A DNA stretch of 64,000 bases from an uncultured Actinomycetota bacterium. Its GTDB lineage: Bacteria > Actinomycetota > Actinomycetes > Propionibacteriales > Nocardioidaceae. A model generated the notes under the pieces. It worked only from the letters and a program-made list of their open reading frames with translations. It had not been told where the DNA came from and did not search any database. Positions 32,875 through 42,562 of the stretch are shown here, piece by piece. Every line of letters starts with the position of its first letter. Within the stretch, counting starts at the first letter, position 1. The translations under genes and the position numbers were made by a program. The stretch spans positions 51,519-115,518 of the forward strand of contig CAWJGX010000011.1 of the NCBI GenBank assembly GCA_963842565.1. Direction: 5' to 3'.

Positions 32875-33752
32875 CGCTGGCTCCTCGGTGTGCTGGTGCT
32901 CGATGGGGTCCCTGATGGCTTCATGGTCTTCAGGCGCTGCAGGATGATGGTGGCCAGCTCCTCGACCGACTTCGTCGAGGAGTCGGCGATCGGCAACCGG
33001 TGCTGGCGAAACATCGCCTCGGTGCGGCGCAGCTCGAAGGTGCACTGCTCGAGCGAGGCGTACTGCGAGCCGGGCCGGCGCTCCTGCCGCACAGCAGAGA
33101 GCCGCGCCGCCGTGGTCATCAGGCCGAAGCAGCGGTCGCGGAGATGGCGCACCGGCCGAGGGAGGTCGTTGGTCTCGAGGTCCTCGTCGACGATCGGGTA
33201 GTTCGCCACGAACAGCCCGTGCTGGAGGGCGAGGTACATCGCCGTCGGTGTCTTCCCGCACCGTGACGGGGCCACCAGGATCACGTCGGCCTTCTCGAGG
33301 CCGCGGACGCTCTGCCCGTCGTCGTGCTCGATCGTGTACTCGATCGCCTGCATCCGGCTGTTGTAGCGCTTGATGTCGCCGACGCCGTGCAGGCGGGCGG
33401 CCAGTCGCTCGCCGGGGGTATCGAGGATCGCCTCGACCTGCTGCATGTGCAGGTCGAAGAAGTCGACGATCGGGCAGCGCGTGCGGTGCAGCTCCTGGCG
33501 CACCTCGTCACTCGCAGCGGTGGTGAACACCAGCGGGGTGCGGGGGCTGGTGTCCAGCGCCTCGTCGAGCCTGGCCACCACCTCGCGGGCCTCCGCGACC
33601 GAGGCGATGAACGGGATCAGGGTGCGCTCGAAGCGCAGTCCCGGGAACTGGATGAGCAGCGCGTTTCCCATGGTCTCTGCGCTGATGCCGGTGCTGTCCG
33701 AGAGGAAGAACACCGGCACGACGTCGTCGGTGTCGGCTGCGGGGGCGCTCAT
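32871..33752 (-). CDS. ppsR: PEP synthase regulatory kinase/pyrophosphorylase
   Basis: [26 protein letters not shown]; ATGA overlap with ppsA. Confidence 0.93.
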   Translation of the reverse strand: MSAPAADTDDVVPVFFLSDSTGISAETMGNALLIQFPGLRFERTLIPFIASVAEAREVVARLDEALDTSPRTPLVFTTAASDEVRQELHRTRCPIVDFFDLHMQQVEAILDTPGERLAARLHGVGDIKRYNSRMQAIEYTIEHDDGQSVRGLEKADVILVAPSRCGKTPTAMYLALQHGLFVANYPIVDEDLETNDLPRPVRHLRDRCFGLMTTAARLSAVRQERRPGSQYASLEQCTFELRRTEAMFRQHRLPIADSSTKSVEELATIILQRLKTMKPSGTPSSTSTPRSQR

Positions 33753-33765
33753 GATGCGTTCGACT

Positions 33766-34563
33766 CTAACTGTCCACCAGCTTCGTGCGCAGGGTGGCGA
33801 TCGTGGCGGGGGAGACGCCGAGACCCGCGGTGAAGTACTGCTCGATGTCGCCGTACTCGCGGCGTACCTCACCGAGGGCTGCCTCGAGATAGCTGGGCTG
33901 CACGCCGAGGATCGGGAGGAGCAGGTCGGGGTCGCCGCCGTTGTCGCGGAACGCGTCCAGCCAGTGCTGCAGCGTGGGCAGCAGGTCGGTGTTGGTGAGG
34001 AGGTACTCCTCCAGCACCGAGTCCTCCGGCACGCCGAGCAGCAGCAACAGGGCGGCCGTCGCCCACCCGGTGCGGTCCTTGCCGGTCGCGCAGTGGAACA
34101 GCACCGGCTCGTCGGCCTGGGCGATGCCCTCGAAGAGCTCCCGGTAGGCGGTCTTCGCAGACGGCAGGGTCACGAAGTCTCGGTAGGCCTTCTCGAAGTA
34201 GCGCTCCGCCTGGCCGTCGCCGAGCAGCTGGGTGGCGGCGGCGGAGTCGGCGAAGATCTGGCGCAGCTCGGCGGGTGCGGCGTGCTGGGCGTCGGCGAGC
34301 ACGTCGGCGAGCTCCAGGTGGGTGCCGTCGGGCAGTACGTCGGGCTGCTCGGCCACCTCGGCAGCGGTCCGCAGGTCGTAGACCGTGCGGATGCCCAGCG
34401 CTGCGAAGGACTGGAGATCGTCGCCGTCGAGCCCGCTCAGCCCGGCCGACCGGAACACGCGTCCTGCCCGGATCTGGTGGCCGTCCGTGGTGGGCCAGCC
34501 ACCGAGGTCCCGGAGGTTGGGAGCCGTGGCGATGACGATGCGGGCGCGTTCCTCGGAGGTCAC
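33766..34563 (-). CDS. Tyrosine-protein phosphatase (PtpB/Y_phosphatase3-like)
   Basis: NLRDLGG, DLRT, HCATGKDRTG. Confidence 0.93.
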   Translation of the reverse strand: MTSEERARIVIATAPNLRDLGGWPTTDGHQIRAGRVFRSAGLSGLDGDDLQSFAALGIRTVYDLRTAAEVAEQPDVLPDGTHLELADVLADAQHAAPAELRQIFADSAAATQLLGDGQAERYFEKAYRDFVTLPSAKTAYRELFEGIAQADEPVLFHCATGKDRTGWATAALLLLLGVPEDSVLEEYLLTNTDLLPTLQHWLDAFRDNGGDPDLLLPILGVQPSYLEAALGEVRREYGDIEQYFTAGLGVSPATIATLRTKLVDS

Positions 34564-34597
34564 CGCACCATCACAGCACGCGCCCGCTGAGCCCTGC

Positions 34598-35552
34598 TCA
34601 GGCCGGGTCGGTCGACGCAGCGGCCTGCACGTCGCCCGCCCTGGTGGTGCCCTCGGCGCCGTCGTCGTCCAGCGAGCGCTGGAACGCCTCGACCAGGGAC
34701 ACGAACCTGTGCTCCGGTGCGGCCAGGTCCCGACGGGCGTCGTCCTCGGCGCAGACCATGTCGTGGGAGAGGCTCTCGACCAGCGCCGTCACGGTGGTCC
34801 GCGGCATGCCGGTGATCCTCGCCACCAACCGTCCGACCAGGCGCTGCGGGCGCCCACGGCAGCGTGAACTGCCGGCGGCGCAGGTGCATCACGTCGGCCA
34901 TCGTGGCCAGCAGCTCGGGGTAGGCGACCACCTCGTCGCCGCCGACGTCGTAGTGCCGGTTGCGCGGCTCGCCGCGCAGCGCGCCACAGACGAGGTGTGC
35001 CACGTCCTCGATCGCGACCGGCTGCAGCCTGCTGTCCATCCAGGCGGGGATCGGCGTGAACGGCACGCGGCGGGTCAGTCGACTCAGGATCTCGAAGGAG
35101 GTCGAGCCGGAGCCGATCACCATCGCGGCACGCAGGACGGTCGCCGGGACACCCGACTCGAGGAACACCTGCTCCACCTGGAGCCTGGAGCGCAGGTGGT
35201 CGGAGAGCTCGCCGTCGGGAACCAGCCCGGAGAGGTAGACGATCCGTTCGACCCCGGCCTCGGCACACGCGATCGCCACGCGTTCCGCGGCCTCGCGGTC
35301 CTTGGTGACGAAGTCGCCGTCCTCCATCGAGTGGACCAGGTAGATCACCGCGTCCATGCCGACCACGGCGGAACGGATGAGCGGAGGATCCTCGATGTCG
35401 AACAGGCGCGGGGTCACCTCGTCGCGCCAGGCGTGCTCGTCGGCCGAACCCTCGCGGCGGACCGCGGCGTACACCTCGTGGCCGTGCTGCAGGAGATCGG
35501 GGATGAGCCGGGAGCCGACGTAGCCGGTCGCACCGGTGACGAGCACGCGCAT
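34598..35552 (-). CDS. NAD(P)H-binding atypical SDR (YbjT-like), frameshift near 34845
   Basis: VLVTGATGYVG, YLVHSM, SDHLRSR, IGSGSTSFE; C-terminus LVESLSHDMV in the other frame. Confidence 0.85.
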
Positions 35553-35607
35553 GGGTGACCTGTCTTCTGGGTGAGGGGGTGGAGCGTGGGCTGTGCGGGA
35601 AAGGCCG

Positions 35608-36474
35608 TCAGCGGCCCGATGTCGCCGGGTCGTGAGTCCGGCGCGGGGGTTGGGGCCGCTGACGGCCGGCTTCGCCGCCGATCCGGCCACCGAAGGGGCG
35701 GCCGTGGTCGGCGTACTCCTCGCGGGCAAAGGCCAGCGAGTGGTCGCCGAGGTCGACGCGGGCGCCGGTGCGGAGCGTCGCCGAGCCGGTCACCACGGCA
35801 CCGTGCACGCGGGTCTCGGGACCGAGGTTGGTCAGGACGTACTCGTCGGCGTCGGTGTGCAGCACCGAGGCGTGGTGCGGCTCGAGGCCGGGGAGGACCA
35901 CGTCGCAGTCGGGGTGTGAGCCGATCGTGGTCTCCACGTGCTGCAGCCAGAACACCTGCTGGCGCTCGCCCTGCCAGAGATCGGCCTTCTCGACGACCAG
36001 GCGGGGCGAGCCGGACTGGTGCGGGTCGTGCGTGGTGGTCGGCCGCCGGCGCCGACGCCCGGCGAAGGTCGGGGCGAGCGGGAACATCGTGGGCGGCGGG
36101 AGCGACTCGGCGCTCGGCAGCACGGCCGACGTGTTGCCGGCGCGGGACCGCAGCGAGGTCCAGACGCCACGCCAGCTGCGGACCTTGATCCGCCGCGAGC
36201 CGGTGGCGCGCCGCTGCCACCAGGGGGCCGAGACGGCCCCGATGGTGACCAGGTGCACCCCGTCGTGCACGACGCGGACACAGATGCCCCGGTCGGCGAG
36301 CTCCTCGGCCGCCGCGCGCACCATCGGTGCGTCGCCCGACCCGGCGAAGACACCCGGGTGGTCGAGGTCGAGCGTCAGCTTGCTGCGCGAGCCGGTGAGC
36401 CGACCGCGGGCTGTCTCCCCGTCGGGTCCCGAGAGCTCGACGGACAGGTCGGCGGTGACCTCGACGACTGGCAT
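35608..36474 (-). CDS. FHA domain-containing protein
   Basis: TTIGSHPDCDVVLPGLEPHHA...LRTGARVDLG...REEYADHGRPFGGRIGGE. Confidence 0.8.
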   Translation of the reverse strand: MPVVEVTADLSVELSGPDGETARGRLTGSRSKLTLDLDHPGVFAGSGDAPMVRAAAEELADRGICVRVVHDGVHLVTIGAVSAPWWQRRATGSRRIKVRSWRGVWTSLRSRAGNTSAVLPSAESLPPPTMFPLAPTFAGRRRRRPTTTHDPHQSGSPRLVVEKADLWQGERQQVFWLQHVETTIGSHPDCDVVLPGLEPHHASVLHTDADEYVLTNLGPETRVHGAVVTGSATLRTGARVDLGDHSLAFAREEYADHGRPFGGRIGGEAGRQRPQPPRRTHDPATSGR

Positions 36475-36707
36475 CAGCTCGAGGAGTCGTTGTCGTTGGT
36501 GGTGACCGTCAAGGTGCCGTCGATCCGCCAGGTGGCGCGCGGTGCGTCACTGCCGGTGTCGCGGGGGATCTCGACGGTCAGATCGCTGAAGGTGTAGTTG
36601 ATCGCGGCCTCGCGACCGGTGAGGAACGTCCACATGCGACTCCCCAGGTCCGTCCAGTTCACGACCTCGGTGTCCGACCCGTCCACTGACTGGCTGCTGA
36701 CTGCCAT
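36474..36707 (-). CDS. Small hypothetical protein (77 aa)
   Basis: GGAG RBS; NWTDLGSRMWTFLTGREAAINYTF...WRIDGTL; stop overlaps the FHA gene start. Confidence 0.8.
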   Translation of the reverse strand: MAVSSQSVDGSDTEVVNWTDLGSRMWTFLTGREAAINYTFSDLTVEIPRDTGSDAPRATWRIDGTLTVTTNDNDSSS

Positions 36708-36727
36708 GGTGACTCCATTCTTGAACA

Positions 36728-36758
36728 TTGACTTAAACAAGGTGTTGAGGTTTAGGAT
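36728..36758 (+). promoter_or_regulatory. MerR-type promoter: TTGACT, 19-bp spacer, TAGGAT, with TAAAC-N11-GTTTA dyad
   Basis: -35 at 36728-36733, -10 at 36753-36758, ATG 6 nt later (leaderless). Confidence 0.65.
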
Positions 36759-36764
36759 CACAGC

Positions 36765-37637
36765 ATGGACACGGAAGGCGTCGAAGCGCAAGTCCCGACG
36801 AGCGACGAGGGCGAGGCGGCGACGCTGACGATCGGCGAGCTGGCGTCGCGAAGCGGGCTCAACCCCGCCACCCTGCGTGTGTGGGAGAGCCGGCACGGGT
36901 TCCCGGTGCCCCACCGGCTGGCGAGCGGCCACCGGCGCTACACCGAGGCCGACGTGGAGACGATCCAGGCCGTGGTCCGCCATCGCGACGCCGGCACCCG
37001 GCTCGAGCTCGCGATCATCCGGGCGATGGTCGACGCGGAACCGGCCTCGCCGTCGATCTACGCGACCCTGCGTCGACGTCATCCTGCGCTGGGCGTGCAC
37101 CGGCTGCAGAAGTCCACGCTGATGGCGTTGTCCTGGGCGATCGAGGACGAGTTCTGCTCGAAGGCCGATCGGGCCACCGTCTACGGCTCCTTCCAGAGCG
37201 AGCGCTACTTCCGGCAGGCAGAGCCGCGATGGCGTGAGATCTCCCGGGTGTCGGCGTCCACCACCGTCTTCGCCGGTTTCGAGCAGTCCGACTTCGGGGC
37301 GAGCCCGGCACGGGTGTCGCTGCCGGCCGATGCGCCGATGCTCCGCGAGTGGGCCGTGGTCTGCGACACCAGCGACCTCCCGGTGGTGCTCACGGCGTGG
37401 GAGCTCCCCGGCCAGGACGACGTCGAGGACCGGCACCGGTTGTACGAGTCGATCTGGAGCGCCGACGGAGCAGCGGTGCACGACGCCGCCCGGGTGTGCG
37501 CCACGGTGGCGCGCGACGCCGGTGCCCCGGTCGAGGTGCCCGAGGCCGTGCCGTACGGCGGGACAACGGTGGCCGACCTGACCTCGGTGACCGCCCTGTT
37601 CAACCGGATGGTCGCCTACGTCGACCGGCTCACCTGA
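36765..37637 (+). CDS. MerR HTH plus DICT sensory domain regulator
   Basis: LTIGELASRSG...LRVWESRHGFP.P.R..SGHRRY; DICT motifs LSWAIEDE, GSFQ, EWAVV, WS. Confidence 0.88.
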   Translation: MDTEGVEAQVPTSDEGEAATLTIGELASRSGLNPATLRVWESRHGFPVPHRLASGHRRYTEADVETIQAVVRHRDAGTRLELAIIRAMVDAEPASPSIYATLRRRHPALGVHRLQKSTLMALSWAIEDEFCSKADRATVYGSFQSERYFRQAEPRWREISRVSASTTVFAGFEQSDFGASPARVSLPADAPMLREWAVVCDTSDLPVVLTAWELPGQDDVEDRHRLYESIWSADGAAVHDAARVCATVARDAGAPVEVPEAVPYGGTTVADLTSVTALFNRMVAYVDRLT

Positions 37638-39879
37638 GCTGGGCGACCAGCTCGTCCAGGCGGTCGTGGGACATCCCCGCCATCCCGAAGTTGGCCAGCG
37701 TCGACATCGGCATCGTGCCGACCACCTGCAGCAGTCCGGGGTCGCTCAACGGTCCTGCGGCCACGGCATCGCCCAGCACCCGGGATCCCGCGGGGTCGGC
37801 GAGCCACTCGTGCAGCGTCGAGTCGCGGCTGAGGGGAGCCGCGGTCGACGGCGCCTCGACGTCGATCGTCAGCGTGTGCGGGAGGTCGCGCGACGACGTG
37901 CCCAGCCGGAGCACGAACTGGCCGGCCTCGACCACCCAGCGACCGAGCAGCGACGACCAGAACGAGAACGCGCGCTGGTCGAGCTCGATCCGCACCTCAC
38001 CGGAGGCGCCCGGCTCCAGCTCGATCCGCGCGAAGCCCTTCAGCTCCTGCGGCGGCCGCGTGACGCTGGACTCGGTGTCGGTCACGTAGAGCTGCACCAC
38101 CTCGGCCCCTGGCCGGCTCCCGGTGTTGGTGACGGTCGCGGTGACCTGCACCCGCAGGTCGTCGGCGGCGACCGAGCCGCTCACCGACACGTCCGGGGCG
38201 GCCACCTCGAAGCTCGTGTAGGAGAGTCCGAAGCCGAAGGGGTGGCCGACCTCCTGCGCGAGCGCGTCGTAGGCGCGGTAGCCGATGAACACGCCCTCGC
38301 CGTAGCGCACCACCTGCGAGTCACCCGGGAAGTTCAGCTGCGAGGGGTTGTCCTCGAGCCGCAGCGGGATCGTCTCGGCGAGCTTGCCGCTCGGGGTGGC
38401 CGCGCCGGTGAGCAGGTCGGCGACGGCGCCGCCGGCCGCCTGTCCGCCGAGCCAGCACTCGAGCACGGCTCCCACCCGGTGCTCCCAGGTCGAGGTGCGC
38501 ACGACCGAGCCGTTGGCGAGCACGACGACCACCCGGTCACTGACCTGGGAGACCTGCTCGACCAGCTCCAGCTGCACGGCCGGCAGGTCGATGTGGGTCC
38601 GGTCGAAGCCCTCGGACTCCGCTGACGCGGGCAGCCCGAGGAACAGCACCACGGTGTCCGCGTCCTCCGCGAGCTCGCGGGCCTGGACGAGCAGGGCGCC
38701 GTCGTTGTGGTCGTCCTCGATCCCGAACCCGGGGGAGTACGCCAGCTCCACACCGGCGGGCAGGGCTGCGCGCAGCTCCTCGAGGGGTACGTCGAGCGTC
38801 GTCGGGTTGACCTGCGAGCTCCCTGCGCCCTGGTAGCGCGGCACGGTCGCGAACGGCCCGATCACGGCGAGCTTCTGGCGGGCGGTGAGGGTCAGCGGGA
38901 GGACGCCGTCGTTCGTGAGCAGCACGGCGGACTCGGTCGCTGCGCGTCGCGCGAGCGCGTGGTGGGCGTCGTACGCCGGCTCGGGAGGTCCGGCCGCGCG
39001 CGTGGGAGCTGACTGCTCGACCAGGCGCAGCACGCGGCGTACGCCGGTGTCGAGCACCTCGACCGGGAGCGAGCCGGAGGAGACCGACTCGACCACGGCG
39101 AGCTCGCTGCGGTTCTTGGCGGGAGGCATCTCGAGGTCGAGCCCGGCGGCCAGCGACGCGACCCGGTCGTGCACCGCACCCCAGTCCGAGACGACGAGCC
39201 CCTCGAACCCCCACTCGTCGCGGAGCACCTCGGTGAGCAGCCAGTGGTGCTCGGACGCGTAGGTGCCGTTGACCTTGTTGTAGGCGCACATCACCGTCCA
39301 CGGCTGCGCCCCGGTCACCACCCGTTCGAAGGCGGGCAGGTAGATCTCGCGCAGCGTCCGCTCGTCCACCTCGGCGCTGACACGGAGCCGGTCGTCCTCC
39401 TGGTTGTTGGCGGCGAAGTGCTTCAGCGAGGTCCCGACGCCCTGCTCCTGGATCGCCGCGACCATCGCCAGCGCGAGCTCGCCGGCGAGGAACGGATCCT
39501 CGGAGAGGTACTCGAAGTTGCGGCCGCACAACGGCGAGCGCTTCATGTTGATGCCCGGCCCGAGGATCACGGAGACACCCTGCACACGTGCCTCCTGGGC
39601 CAGGGCCGAACCCACGTCGGCGAAGAGCCCGCGGTCCCACGACGACGCCAGCCCGGCGGCCGTGGGGAAGCAGGTGGCGGGGAGGCTCCCGCCGATGCCG
39701 ACGTGGTCGCCCTCGTCGGGCTGCATCCGCAGACCGTGCGGACCGTCGGAGACGCGGATGCGGTCGACACCGAGCCGCTCCACCGCCGCGGTGTGCCAGA
39801 AGTCCGACCCCATCACCAGGGCGGCCTTCTCCTCCAGGGTCAGCTCCGCGATCACGTCGTCGATGTTCAGGTCGGCCAT
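37630..39879 (-). CDS. Beta-glucosidase, glycoside hydrolase family 3
   Basis: LTLEEKA, SDGPHG, CGRNFEYLSEDP, KHFAANNQE, VVSDW, FGFGLSYT, Fn3-like C-terminus. Confidence 0.96.
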   Translation of the reverse strand: MADLNIDDVIAELTLEEKAALVMGSDFWHTAAVERLGVDRIRVSDGPHGLRMQPDEGDHVGIGGSLPATCFPTAAGLASSWDRGLFADVGSALAQEARVQGVSVILGPGINMKRSPLCGRNFEYLSEDPFLAGELALAMVAAIQEQGVGTSLKHFAANNQEDDRLRVSAEVDERTLREIYLPAFERVVTGAQPWTVMCAYNKVNGTYASEHHWLLTEVLRDEWGFEGLVVSDWGAVHDRVASLAAGLDLEMPPAKNRSELAVVESVSSGSLPVEVLDTGVRRVLRLVEQSAPTRAAGPPEPAYDAHHALARRAATESAVLLTNDGVLPLTLTARQKLAVIGPFATVPRYQGAGSSQVNPTTLDVPLEELRAALPAGVELAYSPGFGIEDDHNDGALLVQARELAEDADTVVLFLGLPASAESEGFDRTHIDLPAVQLELVEQVSQVSDRVVVVLANGSVVRTSTWEHRVGAVLECWLGGQAAGGAVADLLTGAATPSGKLAETIPLRLEDNPSQLNFPGDSQVVRYGEGVFIGYRAYDALAQEVGHPFGFGLSYTSFEVAAPDVSVSGSVAADDLRVQVTATVTNTGSRPGAEVVQLYVTDTESSVTRPPQELKGFARIELEPGASGEVRIELDQRAFSFWSSLLGRWVVEAGQFVLRLGTSSRDLPHTLTIDVEAPSTAAPLSRDSTLHEWLADPAGSRVLGDAVAAGPLSDPGLLQVVGTMPMSTLANFGMAGMSHDRLDELVAQLR

Positions 39880-40071
39880 GTGTCCTCCCGTGACAGGTCC
39901 TGCCGCGACGCTAGTCCCTCGGCGGCCAAGATTCGCCTGCTGCGCGCCGCCCATCACGCGCGCTGGCCGCGTTGCCGTCAGTCGACGGGCCCCGGCCCGC
40001 CTCCCTCCGGCGCCTTGCCATCGCACGCGCTGGACGACGCTCGCTGACGGCGAATCCCGGCCGCCGAGGGA

Positions 40072-41178
40072 CTAGTCCCTCTCGAGGAAGTGGGCGATCT
40101 GCTCGTGGTAGCCGGGAGGCTGCAGCAGGAACGAGTCGTGCCCCCAGGGCGAGGCGAGGTCCACGTGGACGGAGTCGCCGCCGGCGGCCAGCAGGTGCTC
40201 GTGCAGTCGCGCCGAGTGGTGGGTCGGGAAGCGCCAGTCGCTGTCGAAGGAGAGCTCCAGGAACCGGGTGCCGTACGCCGCGGCGCGCGACGCCGCGTCG
40301 GGGTCGGCGAACGGGTCGAAGTAGTCCATCACCCGGGTCAGGTAGAGGTAGGTGTTCGCGTCGAACCGGTCGAGGAACGTGCTGGCCTGGTGGTCGAGGT
40401 AGGACTCGACCTGGAAGTCGGTGCCCATCCGGGGCGGTCCGTCGGAGCGGCGCTCGCGGCCGAACTTCTCGCCGAGCAGGTGCTCGGAGACGTAGGTGAT
40501 GTGCGCCATCATCCGGGCCACCGACAGTCCGACGTCGGGGCGGGTGCCGGCGGCGGCGTACTGCCCGTCGTGGAACTCGGGGTCGCGCAGGATCGCGGTG
40601 CGGGCGACGGCGGAGAAGGCGATGTTCTGGGCGGTGAGCTTCGAGGAGGCAGCCACCAGCACCGCCCGCTCGACCTGCCCGGGAGCGTCGATCGCCCACT
40701 GCAGGATCTGCATCCCGCCCAGCGAGCCGCCGACGGCGCCGTGCAGACGCTCGATCCCGAGGTGGTCCAGGAGTCGGCGGTGCACGGTCACGAGGTCGGA
40801 CATCGAGAGCAGCGGGAAGCCCATCCCGTAGGCGCGACCGGTCGCCGGGTCGGTGGAGCTCGGGCCGGTGGTGCCCTGGCACCCGCCGAGGAGGTTGGGC
40901 GAGACCACGAACCAGCGGTCGGTGTCCACGGCACGCCCCGGGCCGATCAGGTTGTCCCACCAGCCCGGGCGCGACGGGTCGCCGTGGTGACCCGCCGCGT
41001 GGGCGTCGCCGGTCAGTGCGTGACAGATGAAGACGGCGTTGTCGCGGGCCTCGTTGAGGGTGCCGTAGGTCTCGTAGGCCACCTCGACCGGCACCAGCTT
41101 GGCGCCTCCGGACAGCAGCAGCGGGTCGCCCTCGTCGTACAGGACGACCCGCTGGGTGCTGACCAGACCTACGGACAT
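40072..41178 (-). CDS. metX: Homoserine O-acetyltransferase
   Basis: CHALTGD, GGSLGGMQ, FDANTY, SDWRF, WGHDSFL. Confidence 0.95.
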   Translation of the reverse strand: MSVGLVSTQRVVLYDEGDPLLLSGGAKLVPVEVAYETYGTLNEARDNAVFICHALTGDAHAAGHHGDPSRPGWWDNLIGPGRAVDTDRWFVVSPNLLGGCQGTTGPSSTDPATGRAYGMGFPLLSMSDLVTVHRRLLDHLGIERLHGAVGGSLGGMQILQWAIDAPGQVERAVLVAASSKLTAQNIAFSAVARTAILRDPEFHDGQYAAAGTRPDVGLSVARMMAHITYVSEHLLGEKFGRERRSDGPPRMGTDFQVESYLDHQASTFLDRFDANTYLYLTRVMDYFDPFADPDAASRAAAYGTRFLELSFDSDWRFPTHHSARLHEHLLAAGGDSVHVDLASPWGHDSFLLQPPGYHEQIAHFLERD

Positions 41179-41191
41179 GCGGTTGCCGGCG

Positions 41192-42481
41192 TCACTTGGC
41201 TGCGGTGAGGGCCTGGTCCAGGTCGGCGATGAGGTCCTCCACGTGCTCGATGCCGATGGAGAGCCGCACCAGGTCCTCGGGGACGCCCGCGAGCTCGAGC
41301 TCCTCGGGGGTCAGCTGGGAGTGCGTCGTGGTCGCGTTGTGGATCGCCAGGGACTTGGCGTCGCCGATGTTGGCGAGGTGGCTGAACAGCTCGAGCGCCT
41401 CGACGAACCGCTTGCCGCCGTCGCGCCCGGACTTCACCCCGAAGCTGACCAGCCCGCCGTAGCCGCGACCCTCGATGAAGGTGCGATCGGCGACCGCCTT
41501 CTGGTCGGAGTCGGTCAGGCCCGGGTAGCTCACCCACGAGACCAGGTCGTGGTGCTGGAGGAACTGCGCGACGGCCAGCGCGTTGGCGCTGTGCCGCTCC
41601 ATCCGCAGGTGCAGCGTCTCCAGCCCCTGCAGGAACAACCAGGAGTTCAGCGGAGCGATGGCTGCGCCGGTGTTGCGGAGCAGCACGGTGCGTGCGCGGA
41701 TGATGTAGGCGATCTCGCCGACGGCGTCGGTCCAGACGACGCCGTGGTAGGCGCCGTCGGGCTTGGTCAGCCCGGGGAACCGGTCGGCGTGCGCCGCCCA
41801 GTCGAAGTTGCCCGAGTCGACGATGATGCCGCCGACCGAGGTGCCGTGACCACCGATGTACTTCGTCGCGGAGTGCACGACGATGTCGGCGCCCAGGTCG
41901 AACGGCTTGCACAGGAAGGGCGTCGGCGTGGTGTTGTCGACGATCAGGGGAAGGCCCTGCTCGTGCGCTGCGTCGGCCCACGCGCGGATGTCGACGACGT
42001 TGAGCTTCGGGTTGCCGATGGTCTCGGCGAAGACCAGCTTGGTCTTGTCGTCGACGAACTTCGCGAGGTCCTCCGGCTTGTCCGGGTCGACGAACCGGAC
42101 CTCGATCCCGAACTGGGGGAGGGTGTGCGCGAACAGCGCGTAGGTGCCGCCGTAGAGGGTGGAGATCGCGACGATGTTGTCGCCCGCGTAGGTGAGGTTC
42201 TGCACGGCGTACGTCGTGGCGGCGGAGCCGGACGCGGTGGCAAGAGCACCCACACCGCCCTCCAGCTGGGTGATCCGCTCCTCGAAGACCGACTGCGTCG
42301 GGTTCATGATCCGCGTGTAGATGTTGCCCGGCTCCGCCAGCGCGAACAGGTTGGCCGCGTGCTCGGTGTCGTTGAAGACGTAGGACGTCGTCTGGTAGAT
42401 CGGCACCGCGCGTGCGTTGGTCGCGGGATCTGCCTCTTCCTGTCCGGCATGCACGGTCACGGTCTCGGGGCGGTAGGTCAT
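41192..42481 (-). CDS. metY: O-acetylhomoserine aminocarboxypropyltransferase
   Basis: PIYQTTSY, IYTRIMNPT, HSATKYIGGHG, HLANIGDAKSL. Confidence 0.95.
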   Translation of the reverse strand: MTYRPETVTVHAGQEEADPATNARAVPIYQTTSYVFNDTEHAANLFALAEPGNIYTRIMNPTQSVFEERITQLEGGVGALATASGSAATTYAVQNLTYAGDNIVAISTLYGGTYALFAHTLPQFGIEVRFVDPDKPEDLAKFVDDKTKLVFAETIGNPKLNVVDIRAWADAAHEQGLPLIVDNTTPTPFLCKPFDLGADIVVHSATKYIGGHGTSVGGIIVDSGNFDWAAHADRFPGLTKPDGAYHGVVWTDAVGEIAYIIRARTVLLRNTGAAIAPLNSWLFLQGLETLHLRMERHSANALAVAQFLQHHDLVSWVSYPGLTDSDQKAVADRTFIEGRGYGGLVSFGVKSGRDGGKRFVEALELFSHLANIGDAKSLAIHNATTTHSQLTPEELELAGVPEDLVRLSIGIEHVEDLIADLDQALTAAK

Positions 42482-42513
42482 CTGGTCTCCTCGGTGGGCT
42501 CGGTTGCCAACGT

Positions 42514-42538
42514 AATCCTAGTGACTAGGTAGAGAAAA
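42514..42538. promoter_or_regulatory. Palindromic operator upstream of metY (CCTAGTGACTAGG), possibly Rrf2-type
   Basis: AT-rich aatcctagtgactaggtagagaaaa in an otherwise GC-rich context. Confidence 0.5.
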
Positions 42539-42562
42539 GATGTCCGCCGGATGAGATCGAGA

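Noticed and set aside
29161-33201. Very long antisense ORFs (also 20016-23378, 6038-8773, 46613-49525, 61425-63791)
   Set aside because: Shadow ORFs caused by GC3 bias opposite well-recognised genes; no recognisable motifs.
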